A stretch of 64,000 bases of DNA. It comes from Arenicellales bacterium (lineage in GTDB: Bacteria; Pseudomonadota; Gammaproteobacteria; Arenicellales; JAJDZL01). Location: positions 2,706,417 through 2,770,416 of the forward strand of contig OZ241380.1 of assembly GCA_965200765.1 (NCBI GenBank), read 5' to 3'. The notes under the pieces were generated by a model. It was not told the DNA's origin. It did no database searches and worked only from the letters and a program-made list of their open reading frames with translations. Positions 38,409 to 48,151 of this stretch are shown here, in pieces. Position 1 is the first letter of the stretch, and every line of letters starts with the position of its first letter. The position numbers and the translations under genes were made by a program.

Positions 38409-38624
38409 TTATCCCGCCTCTGCGGTCACGTCGGCAACAGCTTGCCTCTCAAGAGAAGCGATCATGTCTTTGATCTGAAGCTTTCTTTTCTTCAGACGCC
38501 GAATCTGCAATTCATCGGCATTTCGGTCTTGCGACAGACGAATCAGCACATCGTCTAAATCGCGGTGTTCAGTTTTCAGTGATTCAAGTTTCAATTGGAT
38601 GTCATCAGCGGTGTTTTCAGGCAT
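38409..38624 (-). CDS. DUF465/YdcH-family small coiled-coil protein
   Basis: 71 aa with L..EH..LD..I..L.....D.L...RLKK.KL.IKD, characteristic of the family. Confidence 0.65.
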   Translation of the reverse strand: MPENTADDIQLKLESLKTEHRDLDDVLIRLSQDRNADELQIRRLKKRKLQIKDMIASLERQAVADVTAEAG

Positions 38625-39542
38625 AGATACGAATCCTGTGAAGAAGGTTTATAGGTGAACCAAGATGAACTGTTGCTGACTGACGCAATCCGGAGAGCAA
38701 GCGAAGGAGTCTTTAGGTTTTGCATTCTTGGGTAATTTCAACAAAGTCATCTGTACGATGTTTATATCGTACCACCAAATGCTTTGTGAATCAAAATTTT
38801 TTTTGCTCTTTCAGGGTTGGGGTGGGTGAATTCAGTCATTGCATGGCAGGTTTCATGCCAAGCAGGCGAAATGAAGTCGTTGCAGATTGATTTGCCCACC
38901 GTGCTTCGTACTATGGAACAGCACCAAATATCACGCAAGTGTAAGAATTCAACGATGAATTCCCAGACGAACAGGTTGCAATACGGTGTTTGGCATTCGC
39001 GCGGCACATAGCATCAGCGATGCACGTTACTGTATCCGAATCAAGGTTTGCATGGATTGTCAAGCTGAAAAGCAGCTTGTCCAATTTGCGAGTTCGATAC
39101 CGCAACATCCGAGGTCAAGTCGGGACAGTCCTTCGACTCACAAGTACGCAATGCACAATCATTTGAACTTCAGACAGTGCTTACACACTTGGCGGACTTC
39201 AACCAAAGAGGATTCGAGAAGAAGTGGCAGGCGCGTCTGAAACTTTAAAATCGCTGAGAATTTTCCAGATCGTTGTATGGAAAATCTCGAACAAAGCCCC
39301 AGAATCGCCATTCAGGTTGTATTCATGCCGTAGTCGACCCGGCAATTTCGCCTTCAAATATTTTTCAACGGGAAGTACTCAGATGGTACAAGTAATTGAC
39401 ATCTACTGTCAGTGATGAAATACAATTGGATTGATTTTTGAATTTTTATGCAAAGTTTCAAAAGAATTTAAAAATCTTTGGTAACGTAACCGCATACTAC
39501 AGATTTTCATACAATAAAATTTTGGATTTTAATTGGTTCAAC

Positions 39543-40961
39543 ATGATGAAGGACAACATAAAGAGCTTTAAACTTTCAAATATTCGCTGTTTTGAATATT
39601 CAAATGAGTTTCAACTACGCCCTTTCACTTTTCTTATGGGCTCGAACAACACTGGAAAGTCTACTGTTTTGGGTTGCATCCAAGCACTAGGAGATTTTTT
39701 GAGCTTCAGCGAGAAAAGAATGACGACGTTGGACTTCAATGTACCCCCTTATGATATGGGTGCATTTGGTGATATTGTTCGAAACGGACACGCCGATGAA
39801 TTTGACCAATTTCAAATCGGATTCGACTTTTCCCTAGGGAAAAGTGAGAACGCAGAACTGATGGTCAAACTTCGTAGAAGAGATGCCGGTTCCGAACCTG
39901 TATTCAGTTCATTGAATATGATATTTTCAGATTTTGAAATGATTTGGACCAAATCAAATGTTTCAATTAAAGATAATGAAGCACTCTTTGGCAACTCTGT
40001 ATTTGAAACAAAAAAGAAAAATGGTAAAATGATCTTCGATTTCAAGATTCCTAAAGACTTCGGATTTTCGAATGTAGGAGAATATTTTTTCATTTATCAT
40101 TATCTTGTCAGAAATTTTGATCCAGCCTCTCATTCAACAAAGTACAATGATAACTTGTTAAAACTTCGTAAATATCTCGACAATATAGAATCAAAATTGT
40201 TCACTAATGTTAATAGTAAAGATATTGACGAAGATTCGAATATATCGCATTATTCGTTTATTCCACCATTGTCTGATTTTCGTTTTTACAGTTTTGCTCC
40301 AATTCGAACAAAACCTCAACGTACTTATAATCGCACCAGTAAAATCGAAGATCCAGAAGGCAACGAAATGGCCATGACGTTAAATAATTTATTTCGCTCA
40401 AAGTCAAAAGAATGGAAAATACTAAAAGATAAACTAGAAACATTCGGGAGAAATTCCAAGATTTTCGAAAAGTTGACAGTAAGGAACTTTGGTGAATCAT
40501 TTACTGACCCATTTCAAATTCAACTAGCTGTCCAGAAAGGGCAAAATATAAATCTGAGTAACGCTGGATATGGCGTTAGCCAAATTCTGCCGATCTTGGT
40601 TCGTATACTGAGTACCGGAAGTCATAGCACAACTTTCCTGATGCAGCAACCAGAACTTCACTTGCATCCAATGGGACAGGCAGAATTTATTTCTACTCTC
40701 AACGAAATTCGAAAAACTTATTCACACTCCTATATTATTGAAACACATAGTGATTATATGATTGATCGTGCGAGAATTGAAATTATGAACGGAAATCTTC
40801 GACCGGAAGATGTTTCACTGATTTATTTTGAACCCGAAGGAACCAAGGTTAAAACAGATAATATTCAATTTGACGATCAAGCAAATCTAATTGATGAGCC
40901 TCTATATTTTCGAAATTTCTTTTTGAACGAAACTTATCGACTACTTGGTTTTCAAAAATAA
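39543..40961 (+). CDS. ABC-type (AAA_15/AAA_21-like) ATPase, orphan. It resembles the ATPase component of two-gene defence systems.
   Basis: Walker A is LMGSNNTGKST, the signature-like block is LSNAGYGVSQILPILV, Walker B is FLMQQPELHLHP, and the H-loop is IIETHSDYM. The gene is very AT-rich relative to its neighbours. I prefer the ATG at 39543 (MMKDNIKSFKLSNIRCFE) over the track start at 39438. Confidence 0.7.
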   Translation: MMKDNIKSFKLSNIRCFEYSNEFQLRPFTFLMGSNNTGKSTVLGCIQALGDFLSFSEKRMTTLDFNVPPYDMGAFGDIVRNGHADEFDQFQIGFDFSLGKSENAELMVKLRRRDAGSEPVFSSLNMIFSDFEMIWTKSNVSIKDNEALFGNSVFETKKKNGKMIFDFKIPKDFGFSNVGEYFFIYHYLVRNFDPASHSTKYNDNLLKLRKYLDNIESKLFTNVNSKDIDEDSNISHYSFIPPLSDFRFYSFAPIRTKPQRTYNRTSKIEDPEGNEMAMTLNNLFRSKSKEWKILKDKLETFGRNSKIFEKLTVRNFGESFTDPFQIQLAVQKGQNINLSNAGYGVSQILPILVRILSTGSHSTTFLMQQPELHLHPMGQAEFISTLNEIRKTYSHSYIIETHSDYMIDRARIEIMNGNLRPEDVSLIYFEPEGTKVKTDNIQFDDQANLIDEPLYFRNFFLNETYRLLGFQK

Positions 40962-41362
40962 TTTGAATAATATGTATAATCGTAGATGCAAATTTGTTTA
41001 CACAAATTTTGACCAGTACAAGAATGAATTACTAAATAACCGACCAATGTTGATTGAATTAAGAAATTGGTTGATTGTGCCTTGCACATGGCGAGTATGA
41101 AGAAACTTTGCGGAGTTTGCCAAACGTACGACTTTTACACAGCGACGTGAACTTAATGGTGTATGTCCAAGTGCCGCATGCGTTCGAGCGGCAACTAGCC
41201 AGCCGATGCCTAGTGTGAAGTTGCGAATGAGCAGTCAAAGCCCGTACTATCCGGCCTTCACTAGCACGGTACCTCGAGCTACCTGAAAAAATTTCTCGTT
41301 CAGACGCCGCCAGCGCAACTCCATTCCTCAAAAAATTTTGGCAAATCATCTTCATAACATGA

Positions 41363-41382
41363 TACCATACATTTGTATGATA
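41363..41382. promoter_or_regulatory. Candidate LexA operator: near-perfect 20-bp palindrome TAcCATACA-TT-TGTATGaTA (core ATAC-N4-GTAT), 42 bp upstream of lexA
   Basis: Read directly. The arms CATACA/TGTATG are perfect complements. The palindrome is nested inside a wider inverted repeat, AACATGA (41357-41363) ... TCATGTT (41395-41401). It is not the gammaproteobacterial CTGT-N8-ACAG box. Confidence 0.4.
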
Positions 41383-41423
41383 TTATGATTGCATTCATGT
41401 TCCAATCAACGAGGAATTGACCT

Positions 41424-42056
41424 ATGGCATATACAAAACCTGGCGAAACACGTCGTCGCATCTATCAATTTATGCGCAGACGATTGCTGGATGGACAACC
41501 GCCTACCATTCGCGAAGTGCAGGCCAAGTTCAACATGCGCTCTGTACAGTCTGCAAGAAGTCAGCTGAACATGCTGGTGCAGGAAGGTCTTCTGGCCAAA
41601 GAACCTGGTAAAGCACGCGGTTACCGTCTGCCAGGGAAAATCAGGAAAAATACCCTCATACCGCTTCTGGGGAGCATCTCGGCAGGCCCCCTCAACACTG
41701 CAATTGAAAACATCGAAGGCTATCTGCCGGGCTACTCGCAGTCCGAGGATGATTCCATTTTCGCACTCCGGGTGCGCGGAGACAGCATGATTGATGCCGG
41801 AATCCTCAATGAAGATATCGTTGTCGTGCGTCAACAACGAGAATACACCACCGGTGACATCGTAGTCGCCTTGGTTGATGACGAAGCAACTGTCAAGGAG
41901 CTCTATCGCAAGGCCGACAAAGTGCAACTTCGCCCTCGAAACAGGGAGTATCCGATTCTTTTTCCAGATCCTGATAATCTTGTTCTTCTGGGCAAGGTAG
42001 TTGAAGTACGACGCTATCTGGAAGGAATCTCGCTGGAGGAAAGTTTCGATGGCTGA
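41424..42056 (+). CDS. lexA: LexA repressor (S24 peptidase)
   Basis: N-terminal winged HTH (PPTIREVQAKFNMRSVQSARSQLNMLVQEGLL), Ala-Gly cleavage site (ISAGP), catalytic Ser in RVRGDSMIDAGI, and Lys in ATVKELY. Confidence 0.92.
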   Translation: MAYTKPGETRRRIYQFMRRRLLDGQPPTIREVQAKFNMRSVQSARSQLNMLVQEGLLAKEPGKARGYRLPGKIRKNTLIPLLGSISAGPLNTAIENIEGYLPGYSQSEDDSIFALRVRGDSMIDAGILNEDIVVVRQQREYTTGDIVVALVDDEATVKELYRKADKVQLRPRNREYPILFPDPDNLVLLGKVVEVRRYLEGISLEESFDG

Positions 42057-42666
42057 ACCTGCCCTTGCATTGCAAACACTTTCCGAACTTTCCCTTTCGG
42101 TTCCGGGCAACAGGCCAAAATGGTGCCTGAAAGAACTGGAAGGAAGACTGGTGGAAATCTCGGATCCTTATCCGGTGTCTGCACTGAGTTTCGCATTTTT
42201 GCTGGTCCATGAAATCCAGGCACGGGGAGAATGCGTCGCATGGGTAGGCCCGGAAGACAACATGTTTTATCCGCCTGATGTTCAAGCTAGCGGAATCAAT
42301 TTGAAAAACCTTCCTGTCTTGCGAATGCCCGACAGATACAGCATGGGACGAGCCACCGAGATGCTGATGCGCTCTGGCGCCTTCCGACTGGTGGTTTTGT
42401 ACTTGGGTACCAATTGCCGATTTTCATCTGCTTCCTTGTCTCGCCTGAACGCTTTGGCGCGCCGTCATAAAGGATGTGTGTTGTTCATCACCGAAAAAGC
42501 GAATACAGAACCATCAATCGGGTCATTGATATCGCTTCGTATCAGAACATCCCGTAATCGCACTCAAGACGGAGAATTTTTATGCCAGCTACATACAGTG
42601 CGCGACAAAATACGCGGCGAAAACTGGACTTGGCAAAACCTTTTCTTCGGAGTTGAAGGATTTTGA
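42049..42666 (+). CDS. imuA: ImuA (RecA/SulA-like) translesion-synthesis accessory protein
   Basis: Position between lexA and imuB, with typical sequence (LSLSVPGNRPKWCLKELEGRLVEIS..., WVGPEDNMFYPPDVQASGINL). I prefer the ATG at 42049, which overlaps the lexA stop (ATGGCTGA). Confidence 0.8.
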   Translation: MAEPALALQTLSELSLSVPGNRPKWCLKELEGRLVEISDPYPVSALSFAFLLVHEIQARGECVAWVGPEDNMFYPPDVQASGINLKNLPVLRMPDRYSMGRATEMLMRSGAFRLVVLYLGTNCRFSSASLSRLNALARRHKGCVLFITEKANTEPSIGSLISLRIRTSRNRTQDGEFLCQLHTVRDKIRGENWTWQNLFFGVEGF

Positions 42667-44150
42667 TAGTTCGGCCAGCAAGTACGGTAAACCAGCAGGA
42701 AGTACAAGTAGCCTGCGTACATATTCCGGCTTTTCCGCTCCAATTGTCAACCCGGGAGTTGCCGGACGACTTCAGCTCGCCAATTGCAGTTGTCGACCGA
42801 GACAATGCCCAGTCACATATTTTGCTGGTGGACTCACACGCGAAAAAGCGAGGAATTCAACCCGGCTTGCGCTATTCCACCGCGGTTGCATTGTGTCCCG
42901 ACCTGCATGCCGTCATCATTCACCCTCAGAAAATCGAAAGTGCCCAACAACAGGTTTTGAGCTTGCTCGGCAGATTCAGTCCCGGCATTGAACCGGCCAT
43001 GGAGTTGCCCGGAACTTTTTATCTGGATGTGCGCGGCATGAGACGCTTTGCGCCGGATATGAACATTTGGGGACACCGCATTCAACAGGCATTGTACGCA
43101 AAAGAACGATTGCACACCCATATTGCAATCGGCTTTACGCGCTTTGGCGTTTTCACGGTCTCGCGCATTCGAAAAGGCATCACTGTTTTTAAAGACGTAT
43201 GGGCAGAGCAAGAAAGCGCTTTGAATACGCCGTTGAAATATCTGGAAATATCTCAAGGCACTTTAAAAGAACTGGAAAAGTTGGGGATTTGCACAATCCG
43301 CAATTTGCTTCGGCTTCCTGAATGGGAGCTGCGCATGCGCTTCAACGAAGAACTGTTCGAACTGGCGCGCCGGTCAAAAACAAAAGAAAGCATGGTGCAC
43401 GGAATTGAAATTGAACAACCCTTTCTGGCACAAGCCGACCTTGAATATGTACTGGAAGACAATGAACAAATTCTTTCAATGATTCAGGAACTGTGCAACC
43501 CTCTCCTGAAGCAACTGGCAGACCGGCAACAAGGAGTCAAAGAAATTCATTTGGGTCTGAAAATGGATGTCGGCGGGTCATGCAGTGAAAAACTGCAACC
43601 GGCCGAGCCAACCCTTCATCTGCCCACGCTCGCCGAACTGTTACGACTGCGATTGAATACGCTTGACCTGAAATGGGGCATTATTGGAATCACTGTTCAG
43701 CTCCTGCCAGATGCCTTGCCGAACCCGCAACGCAACCTGAGCAGAAACTTTGCCAAAACCGTCCAGAACCTTGCCGCTGCTGATCAGGCACTGGCCCGGA
43801 TACGCGCTGAATTCGGAGCAGAACGAGTCCTGCGCGCCAAGTGTGTTCCATCGCATTTGCCGAACGAGTCAATCTCATGGGAATTTTTCGACCACATGCG
43901 AAATCCCGCGCCTGGCATCCTGAAACCTTCTCTGGTCAGGAAAATTCTTGACCAACCCAAACGCATTTCCACTCCGCGCCGCTCCCGGTTAAATAAAGTT
44001 CTGGGTCCGTATACAACCAGCGGTTTTTGGTGGCGCGAATCTCGTATCGTCCGCAACGATTACTTTGTAGAAACCGAGAACGGTACTATTCAGTGGATTT
44101 TTTACGATTGCGTTGGCAAGCAATGGTACGAACAAGGAGAGGTTCAATAG
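42663..44150 (+). CDS. imuB: ImuB, Y-family polymerase-like protein
   Basis: ACVHIPAFPLQL at the N-terminus, followed by a UmuC/DinB-like fold without obvious catalytic acidic residues. TTG start overlaps the imuA stop (TTGA). Confidence 0.8.
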   Translation: MIVRPASTVNQQEVQVACVHIPAFPLQLSTRELPDDFSSPIAVVDRDNAQSHILLVDSHAKKRGIQPGLRYSTAVALCPDLHAVIIHPQKIESAQQQVLSLLGRFSPGIEPAMELPGTFYLDVRGMRRFAPDMNIWGHRIQQALYAKERLHTHIAIGFTRFGVFTVSRIRKGITVFKDVWAEQESALNTPLKYLEISQGTLKELEKLGICTIRNLLRLPEWELRMRFNEELFELARRSKTKESMVHGIEIEQPFLAQADLEYVLEDNEQILSMIQELCNPLLKQLADRQQGVKEIHLGLKMDVGGSCSEKLQPAEPTLHLPTLAELLRLRLNTLDLKWGIIGITVQLLPDALPNPQRNLSRNFAKTVQNLAAADQALARIRAEFGAERVLRAKCVPSHLPNESISWEFFDHMRNPAPGILKPSLVRKILDQPKRISTPRRSRLNKVLGPYTTSGFWWRESRIVRNDYFVETENGTIQWIFYDCVGKQWYEQGEVQ

Positions 44151-44151
44151 C

Positions 44152-47100
44152 ATGCCCGGAACAACTCCTTATGCCCCGTTGTGGTGCAAAAGCTATTACT
44201 CGTTTCTTGAAGGTGCCAGTTCGCCTGAACAATACGTCGACAAGGCAGTGGAATTGGGTCTGCCTTTCATTGCACTCACTGACCGGGATGGCGTGTACGG
44301 CATCGTCAAAGGACATGTAGCTACGCGAGAACAAAACATTCCGCTCATCATTGGTTCGGAAATTACTATCCGCACCTCTGACGGATGCATGTTCAACGTA
44401 CTGCTTTTGGTACGTAATCAGCAAGGATACGCGAATCTTTGCAGCTTGATCACTCAAGGCCGACTTCGTTGCGAAAAAGCCAGAAGCGAAGTTTCAGTTG
44501 AAGAATGCTGTGCACATGCGCAAGGACTGTACGCGATATGGTTACCCGCCAGCTTCGCCTTGCTCGATCAAGACAAAATCAATCATGCAATCGAGTCTTT
44601 CCAGCAGGCCTTCTCAAACTGCTTCTATCTGATGGTGTGTCGACATCGGGAAGCAAGCGAACCGGTATTGGAAAATCTGACGCGCACTCAAGCAAAATAT
44701 TACGGACTTCATACTGTGGCTGCCTTGGAAGTCCTGTACCACGACCCTCGCCAGCAACCGGTTCAAGATATTCTCAGTTGCATTCGAAACCACCAAACTC
44801 TGACCGACTGTGGAAATCACCTGAAACCAAATGCAAATCACGCATTGGTCGGCATGGAAGATTTTTCAAAGCTGTATTCAGATGACCTGCAATCCGTTCA
44901 TGCAACTGTTGAAATCGCCGAGGACTGCACTTTCCAGCTGGATGAAATACGTTATATCTACCCTGAAGAAAAATATTCCAATGGACTGTCGGCTAGTGAA
45001 ACTCTGCAAAATCTGACCCGACGCGGCGCATTGCAACGCTATGCAGGCGAAGTACCGGAAGCAGTTGCCAAACAGCTCGACAAAGAGCTTCAATTGATTC
45101 AGGAACTAGGCTACAGCAGTTATTTTTTGACCATGCACCGTATCGTCAACTGGTGCGAACAACAAAATATCATGTGCCAAGGACGCGGTTCAGCGGCAAA
45201 TTCAGCAGTGTGCTTTTGCTTGGGGATCACCAGCATTGATCCGGTGCAGATGGAATTGCTGTTTGAACGATTTCTATCGCGCGAACGGGACGAACCGCCG
45301 GATATTGATCTTGATATTGAACATGAAAGACGCGAAGAAGTGATTCAGCATGTTTATCAGGCTTACGGCCGGGAGCATGCGGCCATGGTTGCCACTGTGA
45401 TTCGCTACCGATGCCGCTCCGCAGTTCGCGATATCGGCACAGCACTGGGGATCCCGAATGCAAGCTTGTACCGCTTGTCCAAGCAACTGGATTCTTACGG
45501 GCTACTGAAAGAAGATGACTTTGTGCGCGCCGGACTGGACCCATCTTTGCATGTTCATCGCCTGCTGATTAATCTCACTCAGCAAATCATGGACTTTCCG
45601 CGGCATCTGTCGATTCATCCGGGAGGATTTTTGTTCGCCACCGGTCCTATTCGCGAATTCGTACCGGTGGAAAATGCAACCATGCCGAACCGAACCGTGA
45701 TTCAGTGGGAAAAGGATGATATTGAAGCCATGAAAATATTCAAGGTTGACCTGCTTGGACTAGGTGCACTGACTCAGTTGCATCGTTGCTTTGATTTGAT
45801 TGAACAACATCGCGGGCACCGACTAAACATGCACTCGCTACCCAAGGATGACCCTCAGGTATACAAAATGCTTCACAAAGCTGATACGACTGGTGTATTT
45901 CAGATTGAAAGTCGTGCGCAGATGAGCATGCTACCGAGACTCAAGCCGAATGAATGGTACGATCTGGTTGTTCAGATTGCCATTGTGCGGCCCGGACCCA
46001 TTTCAGGCGGAATGGTGCATCCCTATCTGCGCCGGCGAGCCGGAGAGGAAGAAGTGATCTATCCGCATTCGTGCCTGATTCCGGTACTGAAGAAAACTTT
46101 GGGAATTCCGATTTTTCAGGAGCAGGTTATCAAGTTGGCCATGGTTGCGGCCGATTACTTGCCCGGTGAAGCTGACCAGTTACGTCGAGACATGGCGGCC
46201 TGGCGCAGAACTGATCGTCTGGAACGACATCGCGGCAAACTGGTTTCCCGAATGATCGCCAAGGGCATTGAACCGGAATTCGCCGAGCAAGTGTTTGACC
46301 AGATTCGCGGATTTGGAGAATACGGCTTTCCCGAATCTCATTCGGCAAGTTTCGCGCTGATTGCCTACGTCGCTTCGTTTCTCAAATGCCACTATCCGGC
46401 AGAGTTTGCCTGCTCGTTGTTAAATGCCCAGCCCATGGGTTTTTACGCGCCGGCTACGATTATTGAAGATGCGCGTCGGCATGGTGTTCGGATTCGTCCA
46501 GTTGTCGTCGGCGTTAGTCGCTGGGACTGCGCAGTAGAGCCATGCAATGAAAGTGTGAAAGGTTTTGCGCTTCGCATCGGTCTTCGTTATGTGAAAGGAC
46601 TGCCGCCAAAAGATGGAATGGTGCTGGAGTCGGTGCCGACTCGCATTCAAACTATTGAGGAATTGGTGCGCTATTCAGGCATCTCGAAAACATCCGTTCG
46701 GAAACTTGCGGAAGCCGGTGCCTTGCAAAAATTTTCAATCAATCGGCGAAGCGCGCTGTGGGATGCCCACGGAGTTAGCAACCGGACGGAAATCATTCGC
46801 GCCAGTGATAGCTCAGTCAAATTTTCAGAACTGACTCCGCATGAACTCAATGTATGGGACTATCAATCGACAGGAGTGAGCAGCAGTGGACATATTCTGT
46901 GTCACTATCGGGAGGAGCTTCGCTCCCGAGGGTTGCCCGATGCGCGAGAGGTCAATTCACTTGAAGATGGAACGCATGTTCGCTATGCCGGAATTGTGAT
47001 TTGCCGGCAACGCCCTGCCAGTGCCTCCAGCGTGGTCTTTATGACACTGGAAGATGAAACCGGCTTTGTGAATACCATTTTCTGGCCGCGTTGCTTTGAA

Positions 47101-47253
47101 CGCTACTCCAGTATGGCAAAAACCTTGGTACTGCTTGGAGTCAGCGGAAAATTGCAGGTTGCTGACAATGTGGTTCATCTGGTTGTCAAAAATGTCTGGG
47201 ACCCGGGTAATTTGATTCCTTGGGCCAAGTTCAAGTCCAGAGATTTTCACTGA
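44152..47253 (+). CDS. dnaE2: Error-prone DNA polymerase III alpha-like subunit DnaE2 (ImuC)
   Basis: PHP domain YAPLWCKSYYSFLEGAS, polymerase core (GRGSAANSAVCFCLGIT, DIDLDIEHERREEV, FQIESRAQM, RPGPI) and a C-terminal OB fold. The ATG at 44152 follows AAGGAGAGG and is 1 nt after the imuB stop. Confidence 0.93.
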   Translation: MPGTTPYAPLWCKSYYSFLEGASSPEQYVDKAVELGLPFIALTDRDGVYGIVKGHVATREQNIPLIIGSEITIRTSDGCMFNVLLLVRNQQGYANLCSLITQGRLRCEKARSEVSVEECCAHAQGLYAIWLPASFALLDQDKINHAIESFQQAFSNCFYLMVCRHREASEPVLENLTRTQAKYYGLHTVAALEVLYHDPRQQPVQDILSCIRNHQTLTDCGNHLKPNANHALVGMEDFSKLYSDDLQSVHATVEIAEDCTFQLDEIRYIYPEEKYSNGLSASETLQNLTRRGALQRYAGEVPEAVAKQLDKELQLIQELGYSSYFLTMHRIVNWCEQQNIMCQGRGSAANSAVCFCLGITSIDPVQMELLFERFLSRERDEPPDIDLDIEHERREEVIQHVYQAYGREHAAMVATVIRYRCRSAVRDIGTALGIPNASLYRLSKQLDSYGLLKEDDFVRAGLDPSLHVHRLLINLTQQIMDFPRHLSIHPGGFLFATGPIREFVPVENATMPNRTVIQWEKDDIEAMKIFKVDLLGLGALTQLHRCFDLIEQHRGHRLNMHSLPKDDPQVYKMLHKADTTGVFQIESRAQMSMLPRLKPNEWYDLVVQIAIVRPGPISGGMVHPYLRRRAGEEEVIYPHSCLIPVLKKTLGIPIFQEQVIKLAMVAADYLPGEADQLRRDMAAWRRTDRLERHRGKLVSRMIAKGIEPEFAEQVFDQIRGFGEYGFPESHSASFALIAYVASFLKCHYPAEFACSLLNAQPMGFYAPATIIEDARRHGVRIRPVVVGVSRWDCAVEPCNESVKGFALRIGLRYVKGLPPKDGMVLESVPTRIQTIEELVRYSGISKTSVRKLAEAGALQKFSINRRSALWDAHGVSNRTEIIRASDSSVKFSELTPHELNVWDYQSTGVSSSGHILCHYREELRSRGLPDAREVNSLEDGTHVRYAGIVICRQRPASASSVVFMTLEDETGFVNTIFWPRCFERYSSMAKTLVLLGVSGKLQVADNVVHLVVKNVWDPGNLIPWAKFKSRDFH

Positions 47254-47803
47254 TGAAACGCAGTTTCAATGACCAGTGTCACTGATTTTGTGGCAGAAAA
47301 ATTCTTGCTGATTCGCTTGGAGAGTGAAACTCAATCAATTAAACTTAATCTGTAAAAACAATAAGTTATACAAATCAAAGGTTGAATTCGACTGATTCAA
47401 TCAATTAAAACAGGATCTGAGTCCCCCAAGAAGCATCGCGCATGTTTTTTCAGGAAAGAACTCAGCACGGGAGAAAAAATCATTCTGGTTGATGCGCAGG
47501 TCGATTTTCGGCAAGGTTCAGGAGTCGAAGAGGCTGCGAAGCACCGCCAAGCAAGCCGCATAGTCCATTTTTCTTCGCTACCTGCGTTGCAAACAACACG
47601 CCGACGCAATCCGTCAACTTCACATCCGTGAAATCAAATTCGACATTCCACGCCCGATTTTGTATACTTGATCATCCTGTTTCAAAAGGGCACCTCCTGA
47701 GTGGATTTTTGCTAAAACGGTATTGAATTCCTAAGGGAGGTGTCCCTTTCCGCCACCCTCAGCATTGTTTGTTCACCACCTTAAGCGGGAATCGAGGGAT
47801 GAC

Positions 47804-48151
47804 ATGAATACGGTATTCGACAAGTTGTACCATGATCATTTACAAGAAATGGTGCAGGCGATCGTAAATGAAGTCGACCCATACATGATTATTCTCTTCG
47901 GCTCACAAGCACGTGGCACCCCAACAGATGATTCAGATATTGACCTCATTGTTATAGAGTCAGAACCATTCACAGAAAGTAGAAGCCGGCATACAGAGGC
48001 GGTTAAGATCGGGAAAGCGCTTGCTGGCTTTGATGTCGAAACGGATGTACTTGTATACACCCGCGATGAAGTAGATTATTGGCGAGATTCCATAAACAAT
48101 GTGCTTGCACGGGCTTTAAGGGAGGGTAACATTCTCTATGAGAGACGGTAA
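47804..48151 (+). CDS. Minimal nucleotidyltransferase (MNT) of an MNT-HEPN toxin-antitoxin pair
   Basis: Contains the GS-x9-DxD motif: ILFGSQARGTPTDDSDIDLIVI. I prefer the ATG at 47804 after GAGG. Confidence 0.8.
   Translation: MNTVFDKLYHDHLQEMVQAIVNEVDPYMIILFGSQARGTPTDDSDIDLIVIESEPFTESRSRHTEAVKIGKALAGFDVETDVLVYTRDEVDYWRDSINNVLARALREGNILYERR

Noticed and set aside
38762-39007. 81-aa minus ORF containing an HExxH-like motif (WHETCHAM), considered as a SprT/metallopeptidase gene
   Set aside because: The composition is Cys/Trp-rich and neighbouring frames carry similar fragments. It is more consistent with a frameshifted relic (see the finding on 38640-41420) than with a functional gene.
41406-42110. 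234-aa minus-strand ORF
   Set aside because: It is exactly antisense to lexA, whose HTH, Ala-Gly site and Ser/Lys dyad are all present.
47397-47609. 70-aa minus ORF downstream of dnaE2
   Set aside because: It has no RBS and odd composition, and it overlaps a different start-less frame that looks more protein-like. I treat it as non-coding or relic sequence.
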